Positions 38,003 to 48,212 of a stretch of DNA of 64,000 nt are shown here, in pieces. Position numbers and translations under genes: made by a program. Within the stretch, counting starts at the first letter, position 1, and each line of letters begins with the position of its first letter. Source of the stretch: an uncultured Nitrososphaeria archaeon (GTDB lineage Archaea > Thermoproteota > Nitrososphaeria_A > Caldarchaeales > Wolframiiraptoraceae); assembly GCA_964451435.1 (NCBI GenBank), contig CAYVHW010000001.1, forward strand, positions 740-64,739, in the 5' to 3' direction. Below the pieces are notes generated by a model. The model did not search any database and was not told the DNA's origin. It saw only the letters and a list, made by a program, of their open reading frames with translations.

Positions 38003-38536
38003 TCATCCCTCTCTCCTTTTAGTGCTCAGTATCTGATCGGGTTTCAGGACTGAGACTCCGGCGACTCCGCCTAAAACCTCGATCAAGACTATCCAGTCGG
38101 GGTTTTCGAGGTCTACTTTCCGATCGACCTTGCTTGCCGCGGCCTCGATAAGCTCTCTACTCGATAGGCTTGTATGCCTCTTCTCGACCGTCACCCTAAA
38201 CCTAGCGTCCTCTGGGATCTTGGATGAGAGCTTCTCGACCACTTCCGCGATCTTCTCAGGCTTGGCCTCCACGACATGCTCTATCGGGATGAATCTTAGG
38301 AGGCTGCTTATCCTCCAAGGCTCCTCGGCTAGAATCTTCTTAACCTCCTCGATGACCTTGAATGGATCTAGATTTGTGCGGGCGGTCAATAGTCCAGCGA
38401 TCTTCGTCATCATGATCTCGGGATTCTCGTCTCCAAGCGACCTCAAGAGATCTTCAAGCTCGATCGCCGCAACGTTCTCCTGACCCCTAAAGGTGGTCAC
38501 TATTAGATTGAACCTCTCCATCGAGTATAGTCTCAT
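38003..38536 (-). CDS. Stand-alone THUMP-domain protein (tRNA modification adaptor)
   Basis: FRVTVEKRH and KVDLENPDWIVLIEV motifs. Confidence 0.88.
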   Translation of the reverse strand: MRLYSMERFNLIVTTFRGQENVAAIELEDLLRSLGDENPEIMMTKIAGLLTARTNLDPFKVIEEVKKILAEEPWRISSLLRFIPIEHVVEAKPEKIAEVVEKLSSKIPEDARFRVTVEKRHTSLSSRELIEAAASKVDRKVDLENPDWIVLIEVLGGVAGVSVLKPDQILSTKRREG

Positions 38537-38595
38537 TTAGCCTAGTTAAAAAGAGTTTAAGCTCGCCGGAACCTAGACTCGATGAGGGTTTAGGA

Positions 38596-39864
38596 TTGAG
38601 GAGGATGAGGGGATTTAAGAGGCTCATCGGGGTCTCCGAGGCCTTGGAGAAGTTGAGGAAAGCCGTAGCCCATCGGATAAGGAAGGTCGAGGAGGTCGAG
38701 CTAATGGATTCCCTTGGGAGAGTATGCGCTGAAGATGTGAAGGCTAGGATGGATGTCCCACCCTATGATAGAAGCGCCGTGGACGGCTATGCGATTATAG
38801 CCGAGGATGTATTCGGGGCATCGCCGATGAATCCGGTAAAGCTCAAGCTCGTCGGCAGAATCTTGGCCGGATCGAATCCATTAACCATCCCAAGGGTTGA
38901 GAGGGGTGAGGCGGCCGAGATCATGACCGGAGCTCCGATGCCATCCAATGCAAACGCTGTTGTGATGGCAGAAGACGTGAAGGTCGTCGAGGATGGAATC
39001 GAGGTATTGAAACCCGTCCACCCATATCGAAACGTCTCCAGAAGGGGTGAAGACTTCGCCAGGGGAGAGACCGTGATCAGGAGAGGTGTTAGGGTTAAGC
39101 CATGGCACATCGGGGCCCTCGCATCCTTAAACGTGAAGAGGTTGAAGGTTTTCAGAAGGCCTAAGATATCCGTTCTATCGACTGGGGATGAGCTGATCGA
39201 GCTTGGAGGAGAGCTCAAGCCCGGAAAGATAGTGAACTCCACTAAGCCCATGCTCATGGCCCTCCTACTCGCTGAGGGCTGCATCCCACTGGATCTAGGA
39301 ATCGTGGGAGACGATGTGGACGAGATCCATTCAAGGATCTTAACGGGCCTGAGGAAATCTGATGGAGTGATAGTTACGGGCGGATCAAGCATAGGTGTGA
39401 GAGATCTCGTCCCAGAAGCCGTTAAGAGATTAGGAGAGATAATATTTCATGGATTGCGGATTAGGCCTGGGAAGCCGACGGGAGCAGCCGTTTCAGATGG
39501 AAAGCCTATCTTCATGCTCTCAGGATTCCCGGTTGCGGCGGCGGTGGGATTCGAGGCGTTGGTGAGGCCGATCTTAGCCCATATGCAGGGATGCGTGATC
39601 GAGCCTCGACCTAAAGTTGAAGGAATCCTTACGAGAAGGGTTGTTAATCCGCCGAACACCAGATCTTATGTGAGGGTTAGGGTCTTCGAATCCGATGGTA
39701 GGATCATGGTTGAGCCCTTGAGGTTGACTGGATCCGGGATATTGTCGTCGCTTACGAGGGGGAATGGATTATTGATAATCCCTGAAGAGCTTGAAGGATA
39801 TGATGAGGGAAGCTCCGTGGAGGTGGAGCTCCTCCAGCCAATAGAGAGAGGTGATGAGAGATGA
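38596..39864 (+). CDS. moeA: Molybdopterin Mo/W insertase MoeA
   Basis: DRSAVDGYA, IMTGAPMP, STGDEL, TGGSS, RPGKP and SGFP motifs. Confidence 0.94.
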   Translation: MRRMRGFKRLIGVSEALEKLRKAVAHRIRKVEEVELMDSLGRVCAEDVKARMDVPPYDRSAVDGYAIIAEDVFGASPMNPVKLKLVGRILAGSNPLTIPRVERGEAAEIMTGAPMPSNANAVVMAEDVKVVEDGIEVLKPVHPYRNVSRRGEDFARGETVIRRGVRVKPWHIGALASLNVKRLKVFRRPKISVLSTGDELIELGGELKPGKIVNSTKPMLMALLLAEGCIPLDLGIVGDDVDEIHSRILTGLRKSDGVIVTGGSSIGVRDLVPEAVKRLGEIIFHGLRIRPGKPTGAAVSDGKPIFMLSGFPVAAAVGFEALVRPILAHMQGCVIEPRPKVEGILTRRVVNPPNTRSYVRVRVFESDGRIMVEPLRLTGSGILSSLTRGNGLLIIPEELEGYDEGSSVEVELLQPIERGDER

Positions 39865-41807
39865 GGAGAATATTCCATAAACTTCTCTCACCTGAGGAGG
39901 CGTTGAAGATAATCGAGGAGAGGGCGGAGTCGGTGAAGAAGCCTGAGCCGGAGGTCGTGAAGTTATCCGATGCTCTTGGTAGGATATTGGCCGAGAACAT
40001 CTATGCTAGAGTTGATTCACCACCATTTGACAGAGCAGTAGTCGATGGATACGCGGTGAAGGCCGAGGATGTTTATCGAGCGGATGAGGCGAACCCGGTC
40101 GAGCTGAGGTTGATCGGAGGAGTTGAGGTTGGGGAGATTCCAAGGCTGGAGCTTAGATCCGGTGAATGCGTGGAGATCGCGACCGGAGCTCCCATACCTA
40201 GAGGAGCCGACGCCGTAGTGATGGTCGAACACACGAAGAGGATCGGAGACAAGATCTTGATCTATAGAGGCGTCCACCCCGGGGAGAATGTGGCGCAGAC
40301 GGGATCCGATATCACGGCTGGAGATCTGGTCTTGAGGATGGGTAGGAGGTTAAGGTCTAGAGATATTGCGATCCTAGCGGCGGTTGGATATGATCGGGTC
40401 AAGGTCTACAGGAGGCTTAGAGCCGCATTCTTCTCAACAGGAAACGAGCTAATATCTCCGCCGAATCCATTAAAGCCCGGTAAGATCTACGATGTGAATG
40501 GATACGTTATTCCAGCCATGTTAAGGGATCTCGGATTGGATGCGGACTTCTTGGGAATACTTCCAGACAGATATGACGCGATGTTAAACGCGATTAGAGA
40601 CGCATTAGATAAGTATGATCTCGTGATCACCTCTGGGAGCACGTCGGCGGGAGCTGGAGATGTGATCTACCGAGTCTTCGAGGAGCTTGGAGAGATAATA
40701 GTCCACGGCTTAAGGGTTAAGCCCGGGAAGCCCACGGTCATAGGATTATCTAGAAACGGGAAGCTCTTGATAGGGTTGCCCGGATTCCCCCTCTCATGCG
40801 CGATGGTCTTCATCCACCTAATCAAACCCCTACTCAATAAGCTGACCGGGGCTAGGGAAGAGCCCCGCTACTGGAAGGCCAAGGCCAAGCTACCTATCAA
40901 GATCGAGACGGGAGGTGGAAAAACCTGGTATATTCCAGTTCAGATAGTTGACTCGCCGAATGGGCTTATGGTCTACCCGATTCTCCGAGGATCTGGATCT
41001 GCTTCGACCCTAGCCGAGTCCGATGGATTCATAACGATACCCGAAGACGTGGTCTTCGTGGATGAGGGAGAGGAGGTCGAGGTAAATCTATTCGAGGAGC
41101 TTAGAATTCCAAGCATATCGATAATCGGAAGCCATTGCCCAGCCATAGACCTTATCCTGAACCTCGGAGGTATCTACGACGCGAAGGTGATTAACGTTGG
41201 ATCGCTTTCAGGCTGGAGGGCGTTGAAGCTCGGAACAGCCGACATCTCCGGAACCCACCTCCTAGACGAGAAGACCATGAGATACAATTTCCACATGCCC
41301 GAAGAGCTTGGACTTGGGGATGAGGTGGAGATTTATGGAGGATATATTAGGGAGATCGGATTCATGGTCGCAAAGGGAAACCCGAAGAATATTAACGGAT
41401 TCGAAGATCTCTTGAGAGAGGACGTCGTCTTCATCAACAGGGTTAAGGGATCGGGAATACGAACCCTAATAGACATAGAGCTTAAGAGAATGGGAATAAC
41501 GGATCCAGAGAAGAGGATTAAGGGATATGTCTATGAGGCCAAGACCCATACAGCCGTGGCCTCGGCGGTCAAGGATGGTAGGGCGGATGTCGGGGTGGGG
41601 ATAGGATATGTCGCGAAACTATACGGCCTCGACTTCATCCCGATAAGGGAGGAGAGATTCGACTTCGCCGTGAGGAGAGATAGACTGTATAAGCCTGCCG
41701 TGAGAAAGTTCTTAGAAACCTTGAGAAGTAAGAGGTTCGCTCAAGAACTCGGCAAGCTCCCACACTACAGGATTCACGAGCAGACCGGGAAGAGGATCTA
41801 TCCGTGA
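39861..41807 (+). CDS. moeA: MoeA fused to a C-terminal PBP (oxyanion-binding-like) domain
   Basis: MoeA motifs followed by GSHC, VGSLSG, GTHLLD, NRVKGSGIR and THTAVA. Confidence 0.93.
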   Translation: MRRIFHKLLSPEEALKIIEERAESVKKPEPEVVKLSDALGRILAENIYARVDSPPFDRAVVDGYAVKAEDVYRADEANPVELRLIGGVEVGEIPRLELRSGECVEIATGAPIPRGADAVVMVEHTKRIGDKILIYRGVHPGENVAQTGSDITAGDLVLRMGRRLRSRDIAILAAVGYDRVKVYRRLRAAFFSTGNELISPPNPLKPGKIYDVNGYVIPAMLRDLGLDADFLGILPDRYDAMLNAIRDALDKYDLVITSGSTSAGAGDVIYRVFEELGEIIVHGLRVKPGKPTVIGLSRNGKLLIGLPGFPLSCAMVFIHLIKPLLNKLTGAREEPRYWKAKAKLPIKIETGGGKTWYIPVQIVDSPNGLMVYPILRGSGSASTLAESDGFITIPEDVVFVDEGEEVEVNLFEELRIPSISIIGSHCPAIDLILNLGGIYDAKVINVGSLSGWRALKLGTADISGTHLLDEKTMRYNFHMPEELGLGDEVEIYGGYIREIGFMVAKGNPKNINGFEDLLREDVVFINRVKGSGIRTLIDIELKRMGITDPEKRIKGYVYEAKTHTAVASAVKDGRADVGVGIGYVAKLYGLDFIPIREERFDFAVRRDRLYKPAVRKFLETLRSKRFAQELGKLPHYRIHEQTGKRIYP

Positions 41808-41870
41808 GAATCTCATTAAAGGGCGGGAGGTCGTAAACCCTTATAGAATCGCCCAGCCGAGATTAACCAC

Positions 41871-42416
41871 ATGGGTGGAAAAGCTGTATTCGTCGCCCAC
41901 TGCATCCTAAACCAGAACTCTAAGGCGTTGGGATTCGCGAGCCGCCCAGGTCTCGTTGAATGGCTCATAGACTTCCTCAAAAAGAGTGGATGCGTTGTCG
42001 AGCAACTTCCTTGCCCTGAGATGCTCTATCTCGGAGTTAATAGATGGTGGCATACAAGAGACCAGTATGATACGCCCGGATTTAGGAGGCATTGTAGGAG
42101 GCTCGCAAAGATGGTTGCAGACTTAATGGAATATTATCGGAGACGCGGCCTCGCCGTCGTCTTGATAGGAATCGATGGAAGTCCATCATGCGGCGTAAAC
42201 CTGACTGGGAGGAACCCGTATTGGGGTGGGGAGCCTAGGGCATCCGCCGAGCAGTATCAGGTGGTTGAGGGAATGGGTGTTTGGATGGAGGAGCTTCTCA
42301 AGGAGGTTGAGAGGAGGGGGATTAAGCGATTCAAGGTCATCGGATTAGCGATGGATCTACCCGGCTTCGATCTCAAGGAGACGCTTAAGATGCTTGAGGC
42401 CGAGCTGGAGGGATAG
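41871..42416 (+). CDS. DUF523 / TudS-related (CD3072-like) Fe-S protein
   Basis: HCILNQNS, QLPCPE and GIDGSPSCG (three conserved Cys). Confidence 0.8.
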   Translation: MGGKAVFVAHCILNQNSKALGFASRPGLVEWLIDFLKKSGCVVEQLPCPEMLYLGVNRWWHTRDQYDTPGFRRHCRRLAKMVADLMEYYRRRGLAVVLIGIDGSPSCGVNLTGRNPYWGGEPRASAEQYQVVEGMGVWMEELLKEVERRGIKRFKVIGLAMDLPGFDLKETLKMLEAELEG

Positions 42417-42419
42417 ACT

Positions 42420-42818
42420 TTGTCGCTTAGAGATTCTAGAAGCTATAAGGTTGTCTTCACGCCAGATTACGTGATCAACCCCGAGAACTATCCAGATATA
42501 CCTAAAACCTTGAAGATCTATGATGGGATCAAGAATGCTGGATATGGTATTGTGAAGTTTCCAGCCATCGACCTACCCGAGGATCGGATCCAAGATTGGA
42601 TCGAGATTGTTGCGGATATGATAGAGGAGTATCAGAAGAGGGGATACGCCACAGCCTTAATAACGATAAATTGTCTGGAGGATGGGGGAGTATGGCTGAG
42701 CAGGCTTAGAGCCGAGCTGGAGTCTAGGGGGTTAAAGATTCCGAAGGTAGTCGAGTTTTCGAGAGGCGAGTTGGAGAAAGATGAGGAGCTGTTCTCAAAG
42801 ATTAAATCGATATTCTGA
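42420..42818 (+). CDS. Degenerate, cluster-less paralogue of the upstream TudS-like protein
   Basis: Aligns by eye with the upstream protein but lacks all three Cys motifs; GGAGG Shine-Dalgarno before the TTG start. Confidence 0.6.
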   Translation: MSLRDSRSYKVVFTPDYVINPENYPDIPKTLKIYDGIKNAGYGIVKFPAIDLPEDRIQDWIEIVADMIEEYQKRGYATALITINCLEDGGVWLSRLRAELESRGLKIPKVVEFSRGELEKDEELFSKIKSIF

Positions 42819-43631
42819 TCACCTAACCTTCATCCACTCAACTCCAAGCTTGTCGAATATTTCCAACAACATCCTCCTATGATCAGACTTCAATCCCTTC
42901 CAGTCGAGGACTGCGAGCTTAGGCCTCTCGACGGTCTTCTCAAAGGCCTGCCTAACTATCTCCTCGTCTACTGGCATAGCATACTTTGGACACATATGAC
43001 CAAATCCCATGTCTTTCTCAAGTGATAGTCTCGTGAAGGTCGGGGCATAGTGTCCTCCCCCAAACCCTATTGCGACCAGCTCCGGATTCAACCTCTCTTC
43101 AGCAATCTTAAAGCAGGTCGATGCTACAGCCTCCAAAGCCTTTCTCTCCGGAATTTGATCAGGAGGCCCACCAGCTTCGACGAATATCAGCGGAACATCC
43201 GTTCTCGGGCCATGGTGGGTTACCTCCAACCCAACTCTCCAATCCGTTAACCTAAGCCTATCAGCCTCTTCCTTGAGGAAGTTTATGGATGTGTAGAGGG
43301 CTTTTGCGCTCGTCGCCGAGAGCGTTTTAGGACTTCCACCTAGCTCGGCTTTAGGCCCCCAGTTCCCGACTGGATGGGTTAGTAGGGCCTTGACTCCTGC
43401 CTCAGATCGATGGGATGAGGCGACTATGAGTAGATCCGCGCTCCAATCCTCTCCAAGCCCATCCGCATAGACATGCTTCTCCTCAATTATCCTAAGCTCC
43501 ACTCCATGAGATCTGTAAAGGTTTTCATCGACTTCCCTAAAGTCATAGCACTCCTTTAGGATCTCAGCCACCCTCATCGAGACCTCATCCATCCTCGACG
43601 CGACTATCACGCTCACCACGGCTATCTTCAA
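42819..43631 (-). CDS. dtdA: D-aminoacyl-tRNA deacylase (archaeal DTD2)
   Basis: SSHRS, THPVGN, EVTHHGP and GFGGGHYA motifs. Confidence 0.92.
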   Translation of the reverse strand: MKIAVVSVIVASRMDEVSMRVAEILKECYDFREVDENLYRSHGVELRIIEEKHVYADGLGEDWSADLLIVASSHRSEAGVKALLTHPVGNWGPKAELGGSPKTLSATSAKALYTSINFLKEEADRLRLTDWRVGLEVTHHGPRTDVPLIFVEAGGPPDQIPERKALEAVASTCFKIAEERLNPELVAIGFGGGHYAPTFTRLSLEKDMGFGHMCPKYAMPVDEEIVRQAFEKTVERPKLAVLDWKGLKSDHRRMLLEIFDKLGVEWMKVR

Positions 43632-43666
43632 AAGGTGATGAGGCCAAACCTATTTAGGATTAGCTG

Positions 43667-44533
43667 ATGAGATTTAGGCCCGTTCTAAGGCCACTGCTCT
43701 GCAAACCCGTGATAGATAGGCTTCTAAGGGCCAGAGATCATGAAGAGGTTGTTAAGATCTCATTAGATCTCGGCAGAAGCCTCCATGAATGCTCTATTCG
43801 AGAGGAGGGAGTTATGATAGATGATCAGCTGATAAGGTGGGAGGAATTGGAGAGAGCGTCGAAGAGGGAGAGGGATATATTCACGGTAGCTGATGGTAGG
43901 CTTCTCTCGCTCTCGATCTCAGGCAGACACTTCTATAAACTGGTCTTCATAGGCTGGGGGCATCCACCAACCCTAGAGATAGATGGAATCCACATGCATA
44001 GGATCAAGGACATAACCCCGGATAGGGATGCTTGGATGAAGGTTAAGCTATGCGGAGACCTCAGATGTAAAAGAGTGTTGGATACATGCATGGGGCTTGG
44101 ATACACGGCGATAGTAGCCTTAAAGATGGGGGCGTGCAAGATCATCACGGTCGAGGTAGATGAGAATGTCGTTGAGCTAGCGAGGCTGAACCCTTGGTCT
44201 AAGGAGCTCTCAGATGAGAGGATAGACTTCAGGCTTGGAGATATAAGAGAGTTGATAGATGGATTCCGTGGGGAATTCGATGCAATAGTACATGATCCTC
44301 CGAGATTCTCCCTAGCCGGAGAACTCTATAGCCTCGAATTCTATAGAAAGCTGAATAAGGCGTTGAGGTTGGGTGGGAGGCTCGTCCACTATGTCGGCCA
44401 GCCTGGGATCGTTAAGGGTAGGGCGATCTGGAGGGGCGTTATGAGGAGGTTGAGGGAAGCCGGATTCGATGTGAAATATGATTCGAGGTCTCGATGCGTC
44501 TATGGGGTTAAGCTAAGAGATCTCAGCCCATAA
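43667..44533 (+). CDS. Archaeal SAM-dependent methyltransferase (COG2521-like)
   Basis: PTLEIDGIHMH, VLDTCMGLGYTA, NPWS and HDPPRFSLAGELYS motifs. Confidence 0.85.
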   Translation: MRFRPVLRPLLCKPVIDRLLRARDHEEVVKISLDLGRSLHECSIREEGVMIDDQLIRWEELERASKRERDIFTVADGRLLSLSISGRHFYKLVFIGWGHPPTLEIDGIHMHRIKDITPDRDAWMKVKLCGDLRCKRVLDTCMGLGYTAIVALKMGACKIITVEVDENVVELARLNPWSKELSDERIDFRLGDIRELIDGFRGEFDAIVHDPPRFSLAGELYSLEFYRKLNKALRLGGRLVHYVGQPGIVKGRAIWRGVMRRLREAGFDVKYDSRSRCVYGVKLRDLSP

Positions 44534-45581
44534 TCATCGACATTATAGCCTTCTGGACGTGGAGCCTATTCTCGGCCTGATCGAATACCACCGAGTGGGG
44601 GCCATCGATCACCTCATCCGTCACCTCATATCCCCTATCGGCTGGGAGGCAGTGCATGTAGATCACATCCCTCTTCGCGACCTCAAGCTTCTCCGAGTCG
44701 CAGATCCAGTCCCTATTCTTCTCGAATAGCTCCTTCATCCCATCGAAGTCGGGCTTCGAGGCCTTCGGAGGAATATAGTTTAGGCTCAGCCAAGACTTTG
44801 GATAAACTACATCAGCGCCCTCGAAGGCCGCCTTCATATCATGGACTATCTCGAATGACCCGCCGAACTCATCAGCATACTTCTTACATTGTTCGATCAC
44901 CTTTGGATCTAGGTCGAATCCCTTTGGGTGAGCTAGGACGACGTCCATCCCAAACTTTGTCGCGACTAAGACGGCGCTTTGGGGGACGGCTAGGGGCTTC
45001 TCGACGCTTGGGGTGTATGCCCAGCTCATCACAAACTTCTTTCCCTCGACCTTCCCCAACTTCTCCTTAATCGTCATTATATCTGCCATGGCTTGGCATG
45101 GATGATACATGTCGCACTCCATGTTTATCACGGGGACATCGGCCCACCTCGCAAACTCTCTAATGATCCTATTCCCTCGGCCATAGATCCACTTAGCATG
45201 CTTCCCATAAATCCTAATGGCTATGCCATCACCATACCTTGAGAGAACCCTCGCGACATCGGCGATCCTCTCAGTCGTGTAAGCTATCTCATCTCCTGGG
45301 AGGGCTGGGGTGTAGATGGCGTCATGTGGGTCCAGAAAGTGGGCGTGGCCTCCGAGCTGCGTCATCCCAGCCTCAAAGCTATTCCTAGTCCTGAGAGATC
45401 TATTATAGAAGATCAGGAATAGAGTCTTCCCCTTGAGATATGGGTGCTCGACCTTCCTAAACTTCCTCTTCAAGTCCATGGCGGCGTCGAGGATTTGGTC
45501 AAGCTCCTCCCTAGTCCACTCAATCGTCGTTATCCAATCCCTACCACGATACATTCCAACATACTTGGGTAGCTCGGACAT
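44523..45581 (-). CDS. Knotted-type carbamoyltransferase, YgeW-like
   Basis: SLRTR, HPCQ, MSWAYTPSVEKPLAVPQS, YPKSW and MHCLPA motifs. Confidence 0.85.
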   Translation of the reverse strand: MSELPKYVGMYRGRDWITTIEWTREELDQILDAAMDLKRKFRKVEHPYLKGKTLFLIFYNRSLRTRNSFEAGMTQLGGHAHFLDPHDAIYTPALPGDEIAYTTERIADVARVLSRYGDGIAIRIYGKHAKWIYGRGNRIIREFARWADVPVINMECDMYHPCQAMADIMTIKEKLGKVEGKKFVMSWAYTPSVEKPLAVPQSAVLVATKFGMDVVLAHPKGFDLDPKVIEQCKKYADEFGGSFEIVHDMKAAFEGADVVYPKSWLSLNYIPPKASKPDFDGMKELFEKNRDWICDSEKLEVAKRDVIYMHCLPADRGYEVTDEVIDGPHSVVFDQAENRLHVQKAIMSMIMG

Positions 45582-45616
45582 CTAGATCCACCGAGAGAAG
45601 GGTATCGATGAAGGGT

Positions 45617-47002
45617 TTAAGCTTTTCCACCTCCACGAATCGGGGATAATCTCTCTGGACGGCCTCTCTTAACATATTCTCCATATCCCTCGCGTCCAAG
45701 AACCTCTCCATCCCTATAGATTATCTCGCCTCTTAGGATGGTCATGTAGATCCTCCCCCTACACCTATACCCCTCATACGGCGTCCACCCAGATCTTTGA
45801 TGGAGTTCATCAGCCTTAATCATCCACTCACGGTTTAGATCGATCACGGTTAGATCCGCGTCCGAGCCTATCGCTATAACTCCCTTCTTGGGATAGAGCC
45901 CAAACCTCCTCGCGGGATTCTCGGAGAGTAGTCTAGCGAGATCCATGAGCGTGATCCTTCCCTGATTAACCCCCTCACTCAACATGAGTGGAAATAGGGT
46001 CTCGATCCCCGGCAGCCCGCTCCTTATCGGCCAAATATCACTCCATCCAGGCTCTCTATCTTCCTTGAATGTTGAGTAATGGTCTGTCGCAACCATATCT
46101 ATCAACCCACTTCTAAGACCCAGCCATAGAGCCTCCAAGTCCTCTCTCAATCTAAGGGGTGGGGTCATCTTGAGGTATGGGCCAAGCTTCTCAACATCAT
46201 CCCTCGTGAATATCAGGTAATGAGGGCATGTCTCACAGCTTATATTGACTCCACGATATTTCGCCTCCTCAATAAGCTTCAACCCCTCCATCGTCGTCAA
46301 GTGAACTATATGTATCCCGCATCCAGTCGCCCTCGAATAGGCTATAACCCTACCTATCCCCTCAACCTCCGCAAGCCTCGGCCTAGACTCATGGTATGCC
46401 ATCGGATCTCTCCTATCCATAGACTTTAGCCTCTCGGTGTAGAGGTCTACGAGGAATCCATTCTCAGCGTGGAACATGCATAGTCCCCGACCCTTAACCA
46501 TCTCCATAAGCCTCAAAATATCTCGATCGTCTATCATGTATGGCTTGCAGAGGAATAGCTTGAATGAATTGACTCCAAGATCTATCAAAGAGTTTGGATC
46601 GAATCCTTCTAAGCTCTGTATATTTCCCGCATGTAGGCCGAAGTCTATGCGAGACCATCTCTCGCCGGCCTCGATCTTTTCTCTCAAAGCATCGGTGGTG
46701 ATATACGGCGTATCGGTAGGCATCTCGATTATCGTCGTGACCCCTCCAGCGGAGGCCGCCAAGCTTATCGACCTAAAATCCTCTCTCGGCCCAAAGTGTT
46801 TTGGATCATAGGCGTGGACGTGGACATCTATCGCTCCTGGGAGCACGTATCTCCCATTCAGATCTATTTCAATGTCTCCCCTCGGTAGATGATTTATCGA
46901 CGCTATGGAGATAATCTGTCCTCGATCGATCGCAACCCCGGCCTCGAACACACCCTCTCTAAGGACGAGCCTACAGTTCTTCAATACTAGGTCGACGGTC
47001 AA
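45617..47002 (-). CDS. Cyclic amidohydrolase (hydantoinase/allantoinase/HyuA-like)
   Basis: DVHVH, FK, HAEN, HIVH, ETCPHY, KMTPPLR and ATDH; lacks the H-x-H-x-R arginine of dihydroorotases. Confidence 0.85.
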   Translation of the reverse strand: MTVDLVLKNCRLVLREGVFEAGVAIDRGQIISIASINHLPRGDIEIDLNGRYVLPGAIDVHVHAYDPKHFGPREDFRSISLAASAGGVTTIIEMPTDTPYITTDALREKIEAGERWSRIDFGLHAGNIQSLEGFDPNSLIDLGVNSFKLFLCKPYMIDDRDILRLMEMVKGRGLCMFHAENGFLVDLYTERLKSMDRRDPMAYHESRPRLAEVEGIGRVIAYSRATGCGIHIVHLTTMEGLKLIEEAKYRGVNISCETCPHYLIFTRDDVEKLGPYLKMTPPLRLREDLEALWLGLRSGLIDMVATDHYSTFKEDREPGWSDIWPIRSGLPGIETLFPLMLSEGVNQGRITLMDLARLLSENPARRFGLYPKKGVIAIGSDADLTVIDLNREWMIKADELHQRSGWTPYEGYRCRGRIYMTILRGEIIYRDGEVLGREGYGEYVKRGRPERLSPIRGGGKA

Positions 47003-47060
47003 CTCAGCTCAACAAGTATCCTCGATCACATGATAAATCTCTTTCCAGAATCTCAGCCCA

Positions 47061-48095
47061 CTACTCATACAGTTTCTTACTCATGGTTAGGGCTAAGACC
47101 GCCATCTTGACGTATAATCCGTTCTCGGCCTGCTCGTAGATCACAGACCTCGGCCCATCCATAACCTCATCAGACGCCTCCTCACCCCTCAAGACTGGTA
47201 GGACGTGGGTGACTATCCCCTTCTTGTCCATTAGGTCGACGAGATCTTGGGTTAGACACCAATCCCTATATCTTCGATGGATCTCAAGCTCCCTCTCAAC
47301 CCCGAACCTAGACGCACCAATGCTCAATAGTTCCCAGCTCGCCCAGCTTCTCGGGAAGACTACATGAGCGCCTTCAATCGCTGGTTTAAGATCACTTGTT
47401 ATCTCAAGGCTTCCACCGCTCCTTTCCGCATTCTCCCTCGCCACCTTGACTATCTCTGGATCTAGGTTGAATCCGGGTGGATGAGCTACGACCACATCCA
47501 TCCCAAACCTCGTCATTATCAATAGCTCGGCCTGAATGCTGCATAGTCCTCTGAGCCTTGAGGCATAAGCCCACATAATCGTATACTTCTTCCCCTCAAT
47601 CTTTCCAAGCCTCTCCCTGACGGTCATAAGGTCTTGGATCGCTTGGGTTGGGTGATAGGTGCAGCATGCCATGTTTATCACAGGCTTCTCGGAGTGTCTC
47701 GCATACTCCATCACCGTCCACCTCCCAAGCCCATACCTGTAGTCTATGGCCTTGTCGAGGCATCGAACCCCTATCCCATCACCATATCTCTCATACATCT
47801 TCGCCACATCCTTCAACCTCTCCCCAAACCCTATCCTAAGCGTCGAGACATCGATATATGACATATGTCCTCCGAGCAAGTTCATCCCAGCCTCGAATGC
47901 TGCTCTAGTTCTGGTCGATGGGGCGTAGAAGATCGCGAAGAAGGTCTTATCCTTTAGAAACTTTGGGATCTTCTCCCCTCTCCTATGCATTTTCTTGAAT
48001 TCCGATGCGAGTCTTATCGCCTCCTCTATCTCCTCAACGCTCCAGTCTTGAGTCGTGATCAAGTCTCTACCATATAGATCCACACCTATCTTCAT
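47061..48095 (-). CDS. Second, divergent knotted-type carbamoyltransferase
   Basis: STRTR, HPTQ, MWAY, FPRSW; HVLP in place of HCLP. Confidence 0.82.
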   Translation of the reverse strand: MKIGVDLYGRDLITTQDWSVEEIEEAIRLASEFKKMHRRGEKIPKFLKDKTFFAIFYAPSTRTRAAFEAGMNLLGGHMSYIDVSTLRIGFGERLKDVAKMYERYGDGIGVRCLDKAIDYRYGLGRWTVMEYARHSEKPVINMACCTYHPTQAIQDLMTVRERLGKIEGKKYTIMWAYASRLRGLCSIQAELLIMTRFGMDVVVAHPPGFNLDPEIVKVARENAERSGGSLEITSDLKPAIEGAHVVFPRSWASWELLSIGASRFGVERELEIHRRYRDWCLTQDLVDLMDKKGIVTHVLPVLRGEEASDEVMDGPRSVIYEQAENGLYVKMAVLALTMSKKLYE

Positions 48096-48120
48096 GGCGT
48101 TAACAATGTCTGTGTCAATT

Positions 48121-48176
48121 ATTTTAATCTTTTAATAGGTTCTCAGGCGTGAGATTCCTTGTTCAAAATTTATATA
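48121..48176. promoter_or_regulatory. Divergent promoter pair at the centre of the catabolic cluster
   Basis: Minus strand TTAAAAGATTAAAAT (48121-48135) and plus strand CAAAATTTATATA (48164-48176). Confidence 0.55.
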
Positions 48177-48212
48177 ATTGGTGAAGACATGGTTTAGTCT
48201 TGGGTCTTTGGC

